Part shown: piece by piece, positions 1 through 9,929 of the stretch
Position numbering within the stretch: position 1 is the stretch's first letter
Layout of the letters: every line of letters starts with the position of its first letter
Assembly: GCA_041484665.1 (NCBI GenBank)
Contig: JBGPIA010000007.1
Span: 132,003-196,002, forward strand
Length of the DNA stretch: 64,000 nt
Direction of reading: 5' to 3'
DNA from: Candidatus Krumholzibacteriia bacterium
GTDB taxonomy: Bacteria > Krumholzibacteriota > Krumholzibacteriia > JAJRXK01
Translations under genes and position numbers: made by a program
Notes under the pieces: model-generated
Seen by the model: only the letters and a program-made list of their open reading frames with translations
What the model was told of the DNA's origin: nothing
Databases searched by the model: none

Positions 1-298
1 GCTCCGCCAGCTCCACCTCTCGCCGCGTCGGCGCGCCGAACGTGGTGCCATCTCGCGCGGCCTGCGCGATGGCCGCGAGCACGGCCGGGTGGGCGTGACC
101 GAGGATCAGCGGGCCCCAGCTGCCAACGTAGTCGACGTAGCGGTGGCCGTCCTCGTCGTGCAGGTAGGCACCCTCTCCCCGCACGATGAATGGTGGCAGG
201 ACGTGGGCGCCGCGGAAGGCCCGCACCGGGCTGTTCACACCCCCCGGGATCACCCGGCGTGCGCGCTCGAACAGCTCCTTGCTGATGGACTGGTCCAT
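1..298 (-). CDS. hemL: Glutamate-1-semialdehyde 2,1-aminomutase, 5' part (runs off the window edge)
   Basis: Manual translation: [28 protein letters not shown]...[31 protein letters not shown]...GTTFGAPT, the hallmark HemL N-terminus. Not in the supplied ORF track. Confidence 0.93.
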   Translation of the reverse strand, partial: MDQSISKELFERARRVIPGGVNSPVRAFRGAHVLPPFIVRGEGAYLHDEDGHRYVDYVGSWGPLILGHAHPAVLAAIAQAARDGTTFGAPTRREVELAE

Positions 299-544
299 GG
301 GAATCGAAGCGAAGGCTAGCGTCTGGTGCGCGCCTTTCCAACCAGGAACTGGTCTGCGGGCCGGCAGGACCCAGGCTCCACCGCCGGTCGATGCGGAGTT
401 CGCATCACGTCGATGGGGGCGGCTGCCTGCTTCCAATCCGGCGGTGCAACGGCTAGAATCGATGGCATCGGCCCCCAGGGTCGGCTGCACGGCGCCCCCG
501 GCACGCGCCGGCTCGCAGCGCTCCCCCCCACGACGGATCCGCCG

Positions 545-1129
545 ATGACGCCTTTCGCTCCCGCACTCAACGGTCACGCCCAAGACCTGATTCGGCGTCT
601 CGACGGCGCGGTCGCGGCCGCGGACACCGCCTTGGCTTGCCAGAACGTGAAGCGCGTGCTCGAGGATGTGGTCTGTAGCGAAACCCAGATCCTCGGCGAT
701 CCCTTCCTGGAGCCCGCGCCCGGAACCTACGCGCGGAGGCTTCTTCATCGTGACCCGGGCGGTCGCTACACGGTGGTCGTGATGGTCTGGGATCGCGGCC
801 AGGGGACCCCGCTGCACGATCACTCGGGCATCTGGTGCGTGGAGTGCGTGTACCGTGGCCGCATCGAGGTGAGCTCCTTCGACATCAAGGGCGATCCGTC
901 TGCTGCGGTCGTCGACTTCGTCTGCCGCTCGGATATCGTGGCGGGGGTGGGCGAGGCCGGAGCGCTCATCCCGCCGTTCGAGTACCACTGGATCCGCAAC
1001 CCCGACCCCACTGCGGCCGTCACCGTGCATGTCTACGGCGGCGAGATGAACCGGGCCAATACCTTCCTCCCACTCCCGGGCGGAGGGTATCGGCGCGAGA
1101 CGCACGAGCTCAGCTACACCACGGGCTGA
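545..1129 (+). CDS. Cysteine/thiol dioxygenase family cupin
   Basis: [27 protein letters not shown] and TVHVYGG give the 3-His facial triad. Start moved from 326 to ATG 545. Confidence 0.85.
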   Translation: MTPFAPALNGHAQDLIRRLDGAVAAADTALACQNVKRVLEDVVCSETQILGDPFLEPAPGTYARRLLHRDPGGRYTVVVMVWDRGQGTPLHDHSGIWCVECVYRGRIEVSSFDIKGDPSAAVVDFVCRSDIVAGVGEAGALIPPFEYHWIRNPDPTAAVTVHVYGGEMNRANTFLPLPGGGYRRETHELSYTTG

Positions 1130-1165
1130 GCGGACCGCGTCCCGGATGAACGTCTCCCCTGGTCG

Positions 1166-2335
1166 ATGATCTCCTCTCGCGACGCCTCTCCCGACGCCTC
1201 CGCCAGCGCCCCGCTGGCTGCACGGGCCTGCGGGCCGTCGCCGTCTGGCGCCGCGGCGGCCTTGGGGCGGTCCAGCGACACGCAGCGCTCCACCACGCCC
1301 GGCGACTCGTCGAATGCCGGCCCATCCGGCGCCACGCCGCGCCGTTGGAGCGCCATCGTGCCGGGGCTCTTGCTGTGCGTGGCGCTCGCCGCGGCCTCGC
1401 TGCTGCTGGCGGGGCACCCGTGGATCAAGGACACGCTGCATGTCAGCGCGCTCCTCTTGGTGATCCTGCTGGGGATGGCCTGGACTGCGGTGCTGGGCGT
1501 TCCCGCGCCTGCCCGCCCGGGCGTCTTGCTGGCGCAGCGCCCAGTGCTGCGCTGGGCCGTGGCCGGGCTGGGATGGCGGCTCAGCATCGCCGAGCTCTGG
1601 AAAATTGGCGGGCCGGGGCTGGCCGTGGTGCTGGTGTCGACGCTCGCGGCGCTCGTGTTCGGCTGGTGGATCGCGCGCCGCCTGGGCGTGGACGAGAAAC
1701 TGGCCCTGCTGCTGGGGGTCGGCGGGGCGATCTGCGGAGCCTCGGCGGTGGTGGCGGCCGATAGCGTCGTGCAGGGTGAGAAGCGCGACTCGGCGCTGGC
1801 GCTCGCCATCATCACGCTGCTGGGTACGATCGGCATCGTGCTCTATCCGCTGCTGCAGCGCGCGCTGGGCATGAGCGACTTCGTCTACGGCGTGTGGGAC
1901 GGCGCAAGCCTCCACGAGATGGCGCAGGTCGTGGCGGCGGGGTTTGGAGTGAGCGAAGAGGCGGCGCGTGTGGCGACCGTGGTCAAATTGGCGCGCATCT
2001 GCCTGCTGGCCCCCGTCGTGGTGGGTCTGGGTTGGTGGATGCGCCGGCGCCACGCCCACACCGGCCAGGCACACGTTGCGCCGGTACCGTGGTTCCTGGT
2101 GCTGTTCGTGGTGTTCGCGGCAGCCAGCTCTAGCGCGCTGTTGCCGCCGCGGTGGCTGGCCGCAGCGCGCCAGGCCGACCTGTGGCTCTTGTGCGTGGGA
2201 ATGGCCGGCGTGGGTCTGCAAACCGGTTTCGCGCAGCTGCGCGCGGCGGGGCTGCGTCCCATCGCGGCCGCAGCCTTGCAATGGGTGTTCCTCGCGCTGC
2301 TGGCCTACCTCTTGGCATGGAGGCTGTGCCGGTAG
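1166..2335 (+). CDS. YeiH-family (putative sulfate exporter) membrane protein
   Basis: About 10 TM segments with motifs [35 protein letters not shown] and VPWFLVLF. The true start may lie downstream. Confidence 0.85.
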   Translation: MISSRDASPDASASAPLAARACGPSPSGAAAALGRSSDTQRSTTPGDSSNAGPSGATPRRWSAIVPGLLLCVALAAASLLLAGHPWIKDTLHVSALLLVILLGMAWTAVLGVPAPARPGVLLAQRPVLRWAVAGLGWRLSIAELWKIGGPGLAVVLVSTLAALVFGWWIARRLGVDEKLALLLGVGGAICGASAVVAADSVVQGEKRDSALALAIITLLGTIGIVLYPLLQRALGMSDFVYGVWDGASLHEMAQVVAAGFGVSEEAARVATVVKLARICLLAPVVVGLGWWMRRRHAHTGQAHVAPVPWFLVLFVVFAAASSSALLPPRWLAAARQADLWLLCVGMAGVGLQTGFAQLRAAGLRPIAAAALQWVFLALLAYLLAWRLCR

Positions 2336-2412
2336 CGGCGCCGTGCGCAGCCACCCGGGCCCATCGCGATCCCGCCGTACCGGGAGGAGGCTTCCGCGCA
2401 GGACAAAGGCGG

Positions 2413-3117
2413 TCAGCGGGAGGTCGCAGCGGCACCCTGCTCGGATCCTCCTGCGGGGCTCGACTTCGCGGAAACGGCCACCGACGGGCCAGCGGGATCG
2501 CCGACGGAGGCGCTCCCCGCGGCCATCTGCGCCATCGCCAGCGCGAGCCGGACCGTCTGCCCGATCCAGCGGGCCGGGGCTTCGCTGGCACGATCGGCAG
2601 CCTGCGGCAGCCAGCTCAGCAGATGGCGCTGCAGGTACTCCGCCCGCGCGCGGCCGATCTGCGCCAACGCCTCCCCCTGGCAGCCGCGGCGCAGCGTCTC
2701 GTCCTCCAGATGGAAGAGATGCGCCACAAACTCCAGCTGGTGTCGCAGGTGGTCTGCGGTCTCGTTGGCGCTGGAGCGCAGGCGCAGCCCAAACGCTTGG
2801 TAGAAGAGGATGTTCTCGTGCAGAACCTGCGGCACTGGACCGCGCCGGTTGTAATGCGACTCCAGCAGCGGCACCGGTGGGTGCGGCGCCCCCGCGTCGA
2901 AGGCCTCGATGTACTGGGCTTCGTACGCCTTGGCGCGCGTGGGGAGCCGCAGGGCTCCCTCGCGCTGCGGCCAGTCCGCCAGCTGCGCCAGACGCGCGAA
3001 CATGCTGCGCGTGGAGCGAGCGCTCAGCCATTCCCACTGCTGCGCGCTCGGGGCGCGGAAGAGATCGTGCATGAAGAGGAAGGCGGCCTTCAGATCGGAC
3101 GGTGCGACCGTGGTCAT
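2413..3117 (-). CDS. TorD/DmsD/NarJ-like private chaperone of a type II DMSO-reductase-family enzyme
   Basis: [34 protein letters not shown] and [11 protein letters not shown] motifs. TAATG overlap with the gamma subunit stop. Confidence 0.85.
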   Translation of the reverse strand: MTTVAPSDLKAAFLFMHDLFRAPSAQQWEWLSARSTRSMFARLAQLADWPQREGALRLPTRAKAYEAQYIEAFDAGAPHPPVPLLESHYNRRGPVPQVLHENILFYQAFGLRLRSSANETADHLRHQLEFVAHLFHLEDETLRRGCQGEALAQIGRARAEYLQRHLLSWLPQAADRASEAPARWIGQTVRLALAMAQMAAGSASVGDPAGPSVAVSAKSSPAGGSEQGAAATSR

Positions 3118-3878
3118 TATGGCCCCACCTCGTACCAAGTGCTGAAGTACTTCAGCCCAGCGCGCTGCTGGCGTTCGCCGTCCCAGAAGGCGAAGGCCAG
3201 CGGCGTGCGCGGCGCCGGCGCAGGCAGCTCGAGCACGACCTCCCAGCCGCCCGCCGTGCGCCGCGCCGCGCCCGGAAACGACTCGCCGGTCGGCTCCGTC
3301 GATCCGCGCCCCGCGGCGCGCAGTCGCTCGAAGCCCCGCGCGGCGTCCCAGTAGTAGAGGCTCACCGGAGCGTCCTTGTCACCCATCATGAGCGCCGGGT
3401 ACGTGGCACGCTCGCCGTCGGTCGCGGGCACCATCACGCACGCGGCGTCTGCGAAGCGCTCGATATCCATGGAGTGCTCCTTGTAGATGCGCTCGTCGCC
3501 GCCATCCGGGACGCGTTGTGGCGCGCGGGCGCGACTCTCGGTGGGATCCTGCCAGCGCAAGCGCACGAGCAGCTTGTCCTGCACCCTGGCCAGCGTCACC
3601 CAGGCGACCGGCCGCGCGCCGTCGTCGACGGGATCGCCCTCGTAGATCGGCGGGGTGAGATTCAGATGGAGCGGCGCCTCCTCCAAGCCTGTCCAGCCAT
3701 CCGCGGCATTGCGCAGCTCGTCCGCGCTGCGACCGGACGACGTCACGGACAGCACGACCGCCCCATCCTCGACCGCGGGCGTCGCCTTGGCCGCGGCGAC
3801 CGCCGCCATGGGTACGACCGCGACCAGAAGCCCAGACAGCCGGAGGATCCAGGCTGCTCGCACCTCAATGACAGCCAT
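3117..3878 (-). CDS. Heme-b gamma subunit (EbdC/SerC/ClrC-like) of the periplasmic molybdoenzyme
   Basis: Sec-type signal peptide. [26 protein letters not shown] (Met ligand), [16 protein letters not shown] (Lys ligand). Confidence 0.85.
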   Translation of the reverse strand: MAVIEVRAAWILRLSGLLVAVVPMAAVAAAKATPAVEDGAVVLSVTSSGRSADELRNAADGWTGLEEAPLHLNLTPPIYEGDPVDDGARPVAWVTLARVQDKLLVRLRWQDPTESRARAPQRVPDGGDERIYKEHSMDIERFADAACVMVPATDGERATYPALMMGDKDAPVSLYYWDAARGFERLRAAGRGSTEPTGESFPGAARRTAGGWEVVLELPAPAPRTPLAFAFWDGERQQRAGLKYFSTWYEVGP

Positions 3879-5082
3879 CGATGGCCTCCTTCGCTGGCGC
3901 GGGCGCGCAGCCACTCGCGCCCAGACCGCACGACGCGCATGCTCCCAGGGACGCTCTGCCGCCGCCTGCGCCCCCGCCACCTTGGCCGCTCCCGCCGCCT
4001 GCAGGAACGGGCAGCGTCCAAGGCGTCAGCGCATCGGGACCCGGCACATGGCGCCGCACCGCTCCCTGCACCTCGGCCGGCGCTGCGGTGAGCACGTCGT
4101 GGGGCACGATCCGGTAGCGCACCTGGTCGTCGCGGCCGATCAACAGTTGCAGCGCCTCGCTGCGCTCGCCGCGCTGCGCGCGCGCCAGCTCGGCCTCCAG
4201 CCGCAGGATCACGTCTGTGACCTGCGGTCCGAACAGGTATTGCAGGTATTCGAGCGGCAGACGCGGGTCGTCCAGAATGCTCTTGCCGGCGTTTCCGGTC
4301 TTGGGCGGGCTGAACGGCGGAACGTAGTAGACGTTGGGCACGGTTCCCTTCCCGGGAAACAGGCCCAAGGCCACCTTGTGCTCCAGCACCAGCTTGTGCA
4401 CCGGCGACTGCGGGTCGTCGAGCAGCCCCACGAAGCGGATGCGCCCGGGGCACTGCGCCGCGCAAGCGTTGACCTTGCCCTTCTCCAGGCGCGGGTAGCA
4501 GAAGATGCACTTCTCGCTGCGCTGCGTGACTTCGTTGTAATAGATCTTCTTGTAGGGGCACGCCTTGATGCAGTACCGATAGCCGCGGCAGCGCTCCTGG
4601 TCGATCAGGACGATCCCATCCTCCTGCCGCTTGTAGATGGCCTTGCGCGGGCACGCCTCCAGGCAGGCCGGGTGCGTGCAGTGGTTGCAGATGCGCGGCA
4701 GGTAGAAGAAGTACGGGTTGCTCGGGTCCCAGCCGCCGACATCCTCGTCCCAGTTGGGGCCCCACTGCGGGTCGACGTGGGGCATGACCGGCTTGTTCTT
4801 CCCGTCGAACAGGCGCTGGGCGTAGTCGTACTCGAACGCCTCGCCGTAGTCGGCCTTGGCCGGCAGGGGCGACGGCCGCAGGTGGCGCTGCGCGTCGAAG
4901 CCGCCGCCCAGCGTGTGCCAGCCCCGCGGGTAGCCGGCGCCCGGGTGGGTCTCGACGTTGTTCCAGTACATGTAGTCCATGCCGTCGCCGTCGGTCCATT
5001 GCTTCTTGCACGCGAGCGTGCAGGTCTGGCACCCGATGCACTTGTTCAGGTCCATGACCATCGCGTACTGGTGCGCGGACAT
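3865..5082 (-). CDS. narH: Fe-S beta subunit of type II DMSO-reductase-family enzyme (NarH-like)
   Basis: MDLNKCIGCQTCTLACK, WNNVETHPG, GPNWDED, YLPRICNHCTHPACLEACP, CRGYRYCIKACPYKKIY and EKCIFCYPR: 3x[4Fe-4S] plus [3Fe-4S]. Confidence 0.9.
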   Translation of the reverse strand: MSAHQYAMVMDLNKCIGCQTCTLACKKQWTDGDGMDYMYWNNVETHPGAGYPRGWHTLGGGFDAQRHLRPSPLPAKADYGEAFEYDYAQRLFDGKNKPVMPHVDPQWGPNWDEDVGGWDPSNPYFFYLPRICNHCTHPACLEACPRKAIYKRQEDGIVLIDQERCRGYRYCIKACPYKKIYYNEVTQRSEKCIFCYPRLEKGKVNACAAQCPGRIRFVGLLDDPQSPVHKLVLEHKVALGLFPGKGTVPNVYYVPPFSPPKTGNAGKSILDDPRLPLEYLQYLFGPQVTDVILRLEAELARAQRGERSEALQLLIGRDDQVRYRIVPHDVLTAAPAEVQGAVRRHVPGPDALTPWTLPVPAGGGSGQGGGGAGGGRASLGACASCGLGASGCAPAPAKEAIDGCH

Positions 5083-5084
5083 GC

Positions 5085-8000
5085 TCAGCTCCTCGCGGCG
5101 GGCCGCTCGTACGCGGCGACGGGTCCGGTGTAGCGCGCGACGTCGACCTTGATATCGCGGTTGTTCCCGGTGGGGCCCCAATAGTTGAGCTTGAAGTTCA
5201 GGTGCCCGTAGCCGCCCACCAGCTGGGTCGGCTTGATCTTGATATAGGTGAGCGACTGCCAGCCGCCCTGCTGGAAGCCCAGGTACTTCTCCCAGCCGTG
5301 GTACATGGTCAGGCGCCCCTTCTTCTCGCCGGGGAGCAGTTTTGCCCGGACGATGGCGTCGCCCTGGTCGTTGTGCACGCGCACCCAGTCGTTGTCGCCG
5401 ATCCCGCGCGAGCGGGCGTCGTCGGGATGGATGTAGACGATGGGCAGCCCGCGCTGCAGGCGAAGCATGTAGCGGTTGTCGCGCCAGGTGCTGTGGATCG
5501 ACCAGCGGCTATGGGGTGTGTTCCAGTAGAGCGGGTACTTGGGGTCGTCGACGGGGTCCTTGTGCACGGGGAGCTGCTCGCCGAGCTGCAGATACCAGTC
5601 ATGATCTACGTAGAACTGCTGGCGGCCCGTGAGCGTGCGCCAGGGCCGCTTGTGCTCCGTCTGGTGCGTGAAAGGCGTGTAGGCACGTCCGGGCTCGATT
5701 TCGCTGTTCCACGCCTCGGCGTCGATGGCACGGAAGCGCTGCGGGGCTTGCTGCAGCCCCTGGTAGCTCATTCCGCGCGTCTCGTCGGAGTTGGCCAGGA
5801 TGAAATTGGCGAAGGCTTCATCGGAGTCCAGCGTGCCCTCCGCCGTCCACTCCGCCGTGAGCTTCGTGAAGTCGCGTGTCCAGCCCAGGTCGTTGTCCTG
5901 GAACGGTGTCAGGCCCCGCCGCTTCGCCAACTCCTCGATCTTCTGCGCCAGCCCGTGGAAAATCTCCCAGTCCGTCCTCGACTCGAAGAGCGGATCGAGC
6001 ACCTTGCTGAACGGGTGCATGTATGAGTGGCAGTCGGTGCTGTTGAGGTCGGCCTTCTCGTAGTAGCTCGCAGCGGGCAGTACCACATCGCTGTAGAGCG
6101 CGGTCGTGTCCATGCGGAAGTTGACGTCGACGATCAGGTCGAGGTCGCGCCAAAGCGAACGCAGGATCGCCTCGTTGCCCTTCGCCTGGTTGAGGTAGTT
6201 GGCGCGCCACACGATCAGCGCACGTGGCTTGCGCGGCAGATCGTGCATCTGCGTGGGCTGGATCGCGGCCCAATCCTGCTTCGGCCACAGCGGCATCCAC
6301 TGATTGCGGACGGCCTCGAGGATCCAGTGCTCGATGGGCTTGCCGGCTACGGAGTGGGGATCCTGCATCTTGCTGTGGCAGTAGGTCCACAGCGTCGTGT
6401 TCTGGAACCGCTGCTTCTTGGGTCCCTGCGGGAAGGACAACCGCTTGAAACCGCGCTCGGGCCAGACGCGCTCCTGCCCCACGTAATGGTTGAAGCCGCC
6501 GCCGTTGCGCCCGACGTTTCCCGTGAGCGCTGCGATCAGGATCAGCGCGCGGTTGAGCAGATCGTTGTGGTACCAATGGTTGACACCGGCGCCGTGGATG
6601 ATCATGGCCGGCGCCCGCGTGAAGCCCTCGGCGAAGCTCAGCAGATCCTGCTCCGACAGCCCGCACGCCTGCGCCGCCCGCGCCGGCTCGTACAGCGGAT
6701 TGGCGAGCGTCTGCTTCAGCAGGCTGAACACGGTGGTGACCTCGACCTGGCGCTCGCCGTCCAGCGTGACGGACCAGCTGCCCGACAGCGCGGGGTCGAT
6801 CCCAGACAAGCGCAGCGACTTGCGCGCGGAGCCCATGCTGCCGGGCACAGGGGCCGGGGCCCCCTTGGCTGCGTCCCAGACGTAGAAGACGGCCTGCGGA
6901 TCTCCGGGTGGCGGTCCTTTTTCCCCCTCTGGCTTGCTGGTGCCCTCGCGCGCGCCCGCCGTCTCGCCTTTGCGCTGGGCGGCGCTTGCGCCCTTGGCAC
7001 CGCTGTTCGTCGCGCCGCCGGTCGTGGCGGCCTTTGTCACGCCCAAGCCAGCCGGCGGCTGGACGCGGCCGGCGTCCCAGTCGGCCACCGCGGGCTCCAC
7101 ACCGCGCCGGTCCGCAGGCAGATCGGCAGCGCGCAGGTACTTGCCCGTGTCCTTTCGCACCAGGAGCGGCAGATCCGTCTGCTCTTTGATGTAGGGGACA
7201 TCGATTTTGTCCTGCTCGATCAGCCAGCGCGAGACTGCGTTCGCCAGGATGGTGTCCATGCCCGGCGTGATGTGCAGGTACTGGTCGCAGTGGATGGCGC
7301 TGGCGTTGTAGTCGGGCGACACGCAGGCGACCTTTGCGCCGTTGTAGCGAGCCTCCCAGGCGAAGTGCGCGTCGGGAATGCGCGTCGCGTTGATATTGCT
7401 GCCCCACAGTACGATGTACTTGGCGTTGAACCAATCGGCGCACTCGCAGGCCTCGGTCTGTACGCCCCACGTGATGGGCTCGCCTGGGGGAAGATCGCAA
7501 TACCAGTCGTAGAAAGAGCAGACCACCCCGCCGAGGTAGTGCGCCAGCCGCACACCCGCGGAGAACGACACGGGCGACATGGCCGGAATCACCGAGAAGA
7601 ACGTATTCGTGTCCGGACCATGGCTGTAGATGTTGTCCAGGAGCTTGCCCGCGATGTGCTCCAGCGCCTCGTCCCAGCTCGCCCGCCGCCACTTGCCCTC
7701 TCCGCGTTTGCCGGCGCGGATCAGCGGATACTTCACCCGTTGCGCGCCGTAGACGTATTCGACGAAGCAGGCGCCCTTCTGGCAGCCGCGTGGGTTGTAG
7801 TCGGGCAGGTCCGCGTTGATGCGCGGGTAGTCGGCGGCCTGCTCCTCGCGCAGCATGATCCCGTCCTTGACGTAGACCTTCCAGGAGCAGGAGCCGGTAC
7901 AGTTGGCCGAGTGCGTCGAGCGGACGACTTTGTCCCAGCTGAAGTGCCGCCGGTAGAGCTCCTCCCAGCCGCGATACGGGTACGTGCGCAACGGATCGAC

Positions 8001-8291
8001 GTCGAGGATCTCGAACTCCTCCAGCGCCGCGTTCGTGGGCCGCGCCAGCAGGGCGGCGAGACCCAACCCCGCGCCCGCGCCGACCTTCAGGAAGCGGCGG
8101 CGACTCACCCCGGTGGCGGCGGTCGGCGGCCGCTCGCCCCCGCCTGCTTGCATCGTGGGATGCCCGGTCAAAGTGGGAGCGTCCGGCAGCCTGAAATGCC
8201 CTGACAGCCCGGGATCATCCGGCAGTGCAGCATCCACCGGCCTCGGGCTCGCGGCAGCGTGGGATGGGTCATGGTCGTCCATGGCGGTCAC
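5085..8291 (-). CDS. narG: Tat-exported molybdopterin alpha subunit, type II DMSO reductase family; most like periplasmic NarG-type nitrate reductase (pNar)
   Basis: Tat motif SRRRFLK. FS0 motif THSANCTGSCSW...NPRGCQKG. Asp Mo-ligand region SFYDWYCDLPPG, NarG-type HYVGQE, and C-terminal TPHSRWSIHSTW. Family is secure; substrate is inferred. Confidence 0.85.
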   Translation of the reverse strand: MTAMDDHDPSHAAASPRPVDAALPDDPGLSGHFRLPDAPTLTGHPTMQAGGGERPPTAATGVSRRRFLKVGAGAGLGLAALLARPTNAALEEFEILDVDPLRTYPYRGWEELYRRHFSWDKVVRSTHSANCTGSCSWKVYVKDGIMLREEQAADYPRINADLPDYNPRGCQKGACFVEYVYGAQRVKYPLIRAGKRGEGKWRRASWDEALEHIAGKLLDNIYSHGPDTNTFFSVIPAMSPVSFSAGVRLAHYLGGVVCSFYDWYCDLPPGEPITWGVQTEACECADWFNAKYIVLWGSNINATRIPDAHFAWEARYNGAKVACVSPDYNASAIHCDQYLHITPGMDTILANAVSRWLIEQDKIDVPYIKEQTDLPLLVRKDTGKYLRAADLPADRRGVEPAVADWDAGRVQPPAGLGVTKAATTGGATNSGAKGASAAQRKGETAGAREGTSKPEGEKGPPPGDPQAVFYVWDAAKGAPAPVPGSMGSARKSLRLSGIDPALSGSWSVTLDGERQVEVTTVFSLLKQTLANPLYEPARAAQACGLSEQDLLSFAEGFTRAPAMIIHGAGVNHWYHNDLLNRALILIAALTGNVGRNGGGFNHYVGQERVWPERGFKRLSFPQGPKKQRFQNTTLWTYCHSKMQDPHSVAGKPIEHWILEAVRNQWMPLWPKQDWAAIQPTQMHDLPRKPRALIVWRANYLNQAKGNEAILRSLWRDLDLIVDVNFRMDTTALYSDVVLPAASYYEKADLNSTDCHSYMHPFSKVLDPLFESRTDWEIFHGLAQKIEELAKRRGLTPFQDNDLGWTRDFTKLTAEWTAEGTLDSDEAFANFILANSDETRGMSYQGLQQAPQRFRAIDAEAWNSEIEPGRAYTPFTHQTEHKRPWRTLTGRQQFYVDHDWYLQLGEQLPVHKDPVDDPKYPLYWNTPHSRWSIHSTWRDNRYMLRLQRGLPIVYIHPDDARSRGIGDNDWVRVHNDQGDAIVRAKLLPGEKKGRLTMYHGWEKYLGFQQGGWQSLTYIKIKPTQLVGGYGHLNFKLNYWGPTGNNRDIKVDVARYTGPVAAYERPAARS

Positions 8292-8294
8292 TTT

Positions 8295-9920
8295 CTATCG
8301 GGTCTGCGCGCCGGCCGGCGCTGCCGCCGTGATGTCGGGTGCACTGGGCGCCGCGGCGGGCGCCCTGGGAGCGACCGAGGGCGTGGTCGAGAGCGCCGTC
8401 ATGTCCTGACCGGCGGGCGCTCCGATCCGGCGCAGGAAGGCGATCAGGTCGTCGAGTTGCGGTTCCTGGAAGCCGCCCTCCGCAGGCGCCACAGCGAGGA
8501 ATGCGGGCATGGCCGTGTTCCGCCGGCCGAAGGCGATGGTGGCGTACAGGAAGTCGTCGCTGGCGTAACGCTGGAGCGCAGGCGCGACCAGCGACGGGCC
8601 CAGCCTCCCCTCGGCCGACAGTCCGTGGCAGCCCGAGCACTGCTTGGCGAACAGGGATGTGCCCCGCCGCGCGTCGCCACGCGCCGCGCGCGGATGGCTG
8701 CGGATGGGCGCCGTGGCCGCGGTCTGCGTCGCGTCCAGCTCGCGCCCCAGCAGGGTGCTGGCCAGGCGCAGGATCTCCTCCTCGCTCAACCCTCCGGCGG
8801 CCGCTCCCCACGCCGGCATGATCGTCCCGGCGCGCCCCTCGCGGATGTTGGCGGCCACGTACGCGGGCTCGGCGATCCGTTGGTAGGTCTCGCCGCGGAT
8901 CGCGGGGATGAACCGCGCGAAGAACTTGTCGTAGCGTCCGTAGATCCCCGTGTCGTGGCAGCTCTGGCACAGATCGGCGTAGAGCTGGTCGCCGCTGCGC
9001 GGCTCCGGGTGTTGGACGCGATAGAGGGCCAGGTGCTTGAGCGGGCTCAGGTACGATTTCGGGAGGTCACGCTGCTGCAGCGACAGCAGGAACGCGGTCA
9101 GCGCCGTTCGCTCGTCGCGGCTCAGGCCCGGGGTGGGCATCTGGCTGCCGGCGACGACCTGACGCGGATCGTCGAAGTGCTCGATCAGCCATTGGGCCAG
9201 GGTGTGCGGGCCCTGCACGTGGCCAAAGGGGAGCTGCCCGCGGACCTTGAGCCCCTCGTTGTCGAGAGCGGGCCCCAGACTCCCGCCCAGGCCGTCGAGC
9301 TTGTGGCAGCTGCGGCACCCCTTGGACACGAACAGCGCCGCGCCACGGGCGTATACCTCGCCTCCGCGTTGGGCCACCTCGGCGGGCGTGTGGCAGATGC
9401 CGCAGGAGGACTGCGTCAAGTCCAGCGGAAGCAGCGGGTAGTCCCAGTGCCGGTCCTCGGCCTTGGCATCGGCGAAGTTGGTGGCCGCTCCCTGCCCGCG
9501 GTGGCAGATCGTGCAGCCGAACCGCGCGTCTTCGTGCCACTGCAGATAGGCGCCGGGGTGCGTGCGGTATGGATTGGGGACGTCGGTCATGCGCGGATCG
9601 TCGTAGCCGGTGTGGCAGCTGACGCAGCGGTCCATCACACCCAGGTCCGCAACGACGATCTGGCGCAGCTCGACGACGTACTGGTCGGCGAGCTTGCGCC
9701 CCCAGTCGTCGCCGGCCTTCTGTCGCAGGATCTGCCCGTACTCGAGCTGGTGCCGCCGCCAGGTCGGCCGCAGGTTTTCCTCGACTGCGGCGTAGATCAG
9801 CACGCCCACCGTGGCCAGGCTCACGGCCAAGAGCCAGAGCTTCACCGCGCGGTCCCGCCGCAGCGCCTCCGCACGTACCGCCTCGGCGATCCCCAGGATG
9901 TCCTTGCCGTTTGCGCTCAT
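8295..9920 (-). CDS. Membrane-anchored hexaheme cytochrome c
   Basis: N-terminal TM helix and six CxxCH motifs (CVSCH, CTICH, CGICH, CRSCH, CQSCH, CSGCH). The last three are each followed by an MP distal-Met motif. Confidence 0.9.
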   Translation of the reverse strand: MSANGKDILGIAEAVRAEALRRDRAVKLWLLAVSLATVGVLIYAAVEENLRPTWRRHQLEYGQILRQKAGDDWGRKLADQYVVELRQIVVADLGVMDRCVSCHTGYDDPRMTDVPNPYRTHPGAYLQWHEDARFGCTICHRGQGAATNFADAKAEDRHWDYPLLPLDLTQSSCGICHTPAEVAQRGGEVYARGAALFVSKGCRSCHKLDGLGGSLGPALDNEGLKVRGQLPFGHVQGPHTLAQWLIEHFDDPRQVVAGSQMPTPGLSRDERTALTAFLLSLQQRDLPKSYLSPLKHLALYRVQHPEPRSGDQLYADLCQSCHDTGIYGRYDKFFARFIPAIRGETYQRIAEPAYVAANIREGRAGTIMPAWGAAAGGLSEEEILRLASTLLGRELDATQTAATAPIRSHPRAARGDARRGTSLFAKQCSGCHGLSAEGRLGPSLVAPALQRYASDDFLYATIAFGRRNTAMPAFLAVAPAEGGFQEPQLDDLIAFLRRIGAPAGQDMTALSTTPSVAPRAPAAAPSAPDITAAAPAGAQTR

Positions 9921-9929
9921 GGCGACACC

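Noticed and set aside
5085..8291. Perchlorate reductase (pcrA) call
   Set aside because: It has the NarG-type Glu in HYVGQE and a heme-b gamma subunit rather than PcrC; no chlorite dismutase is in the window.
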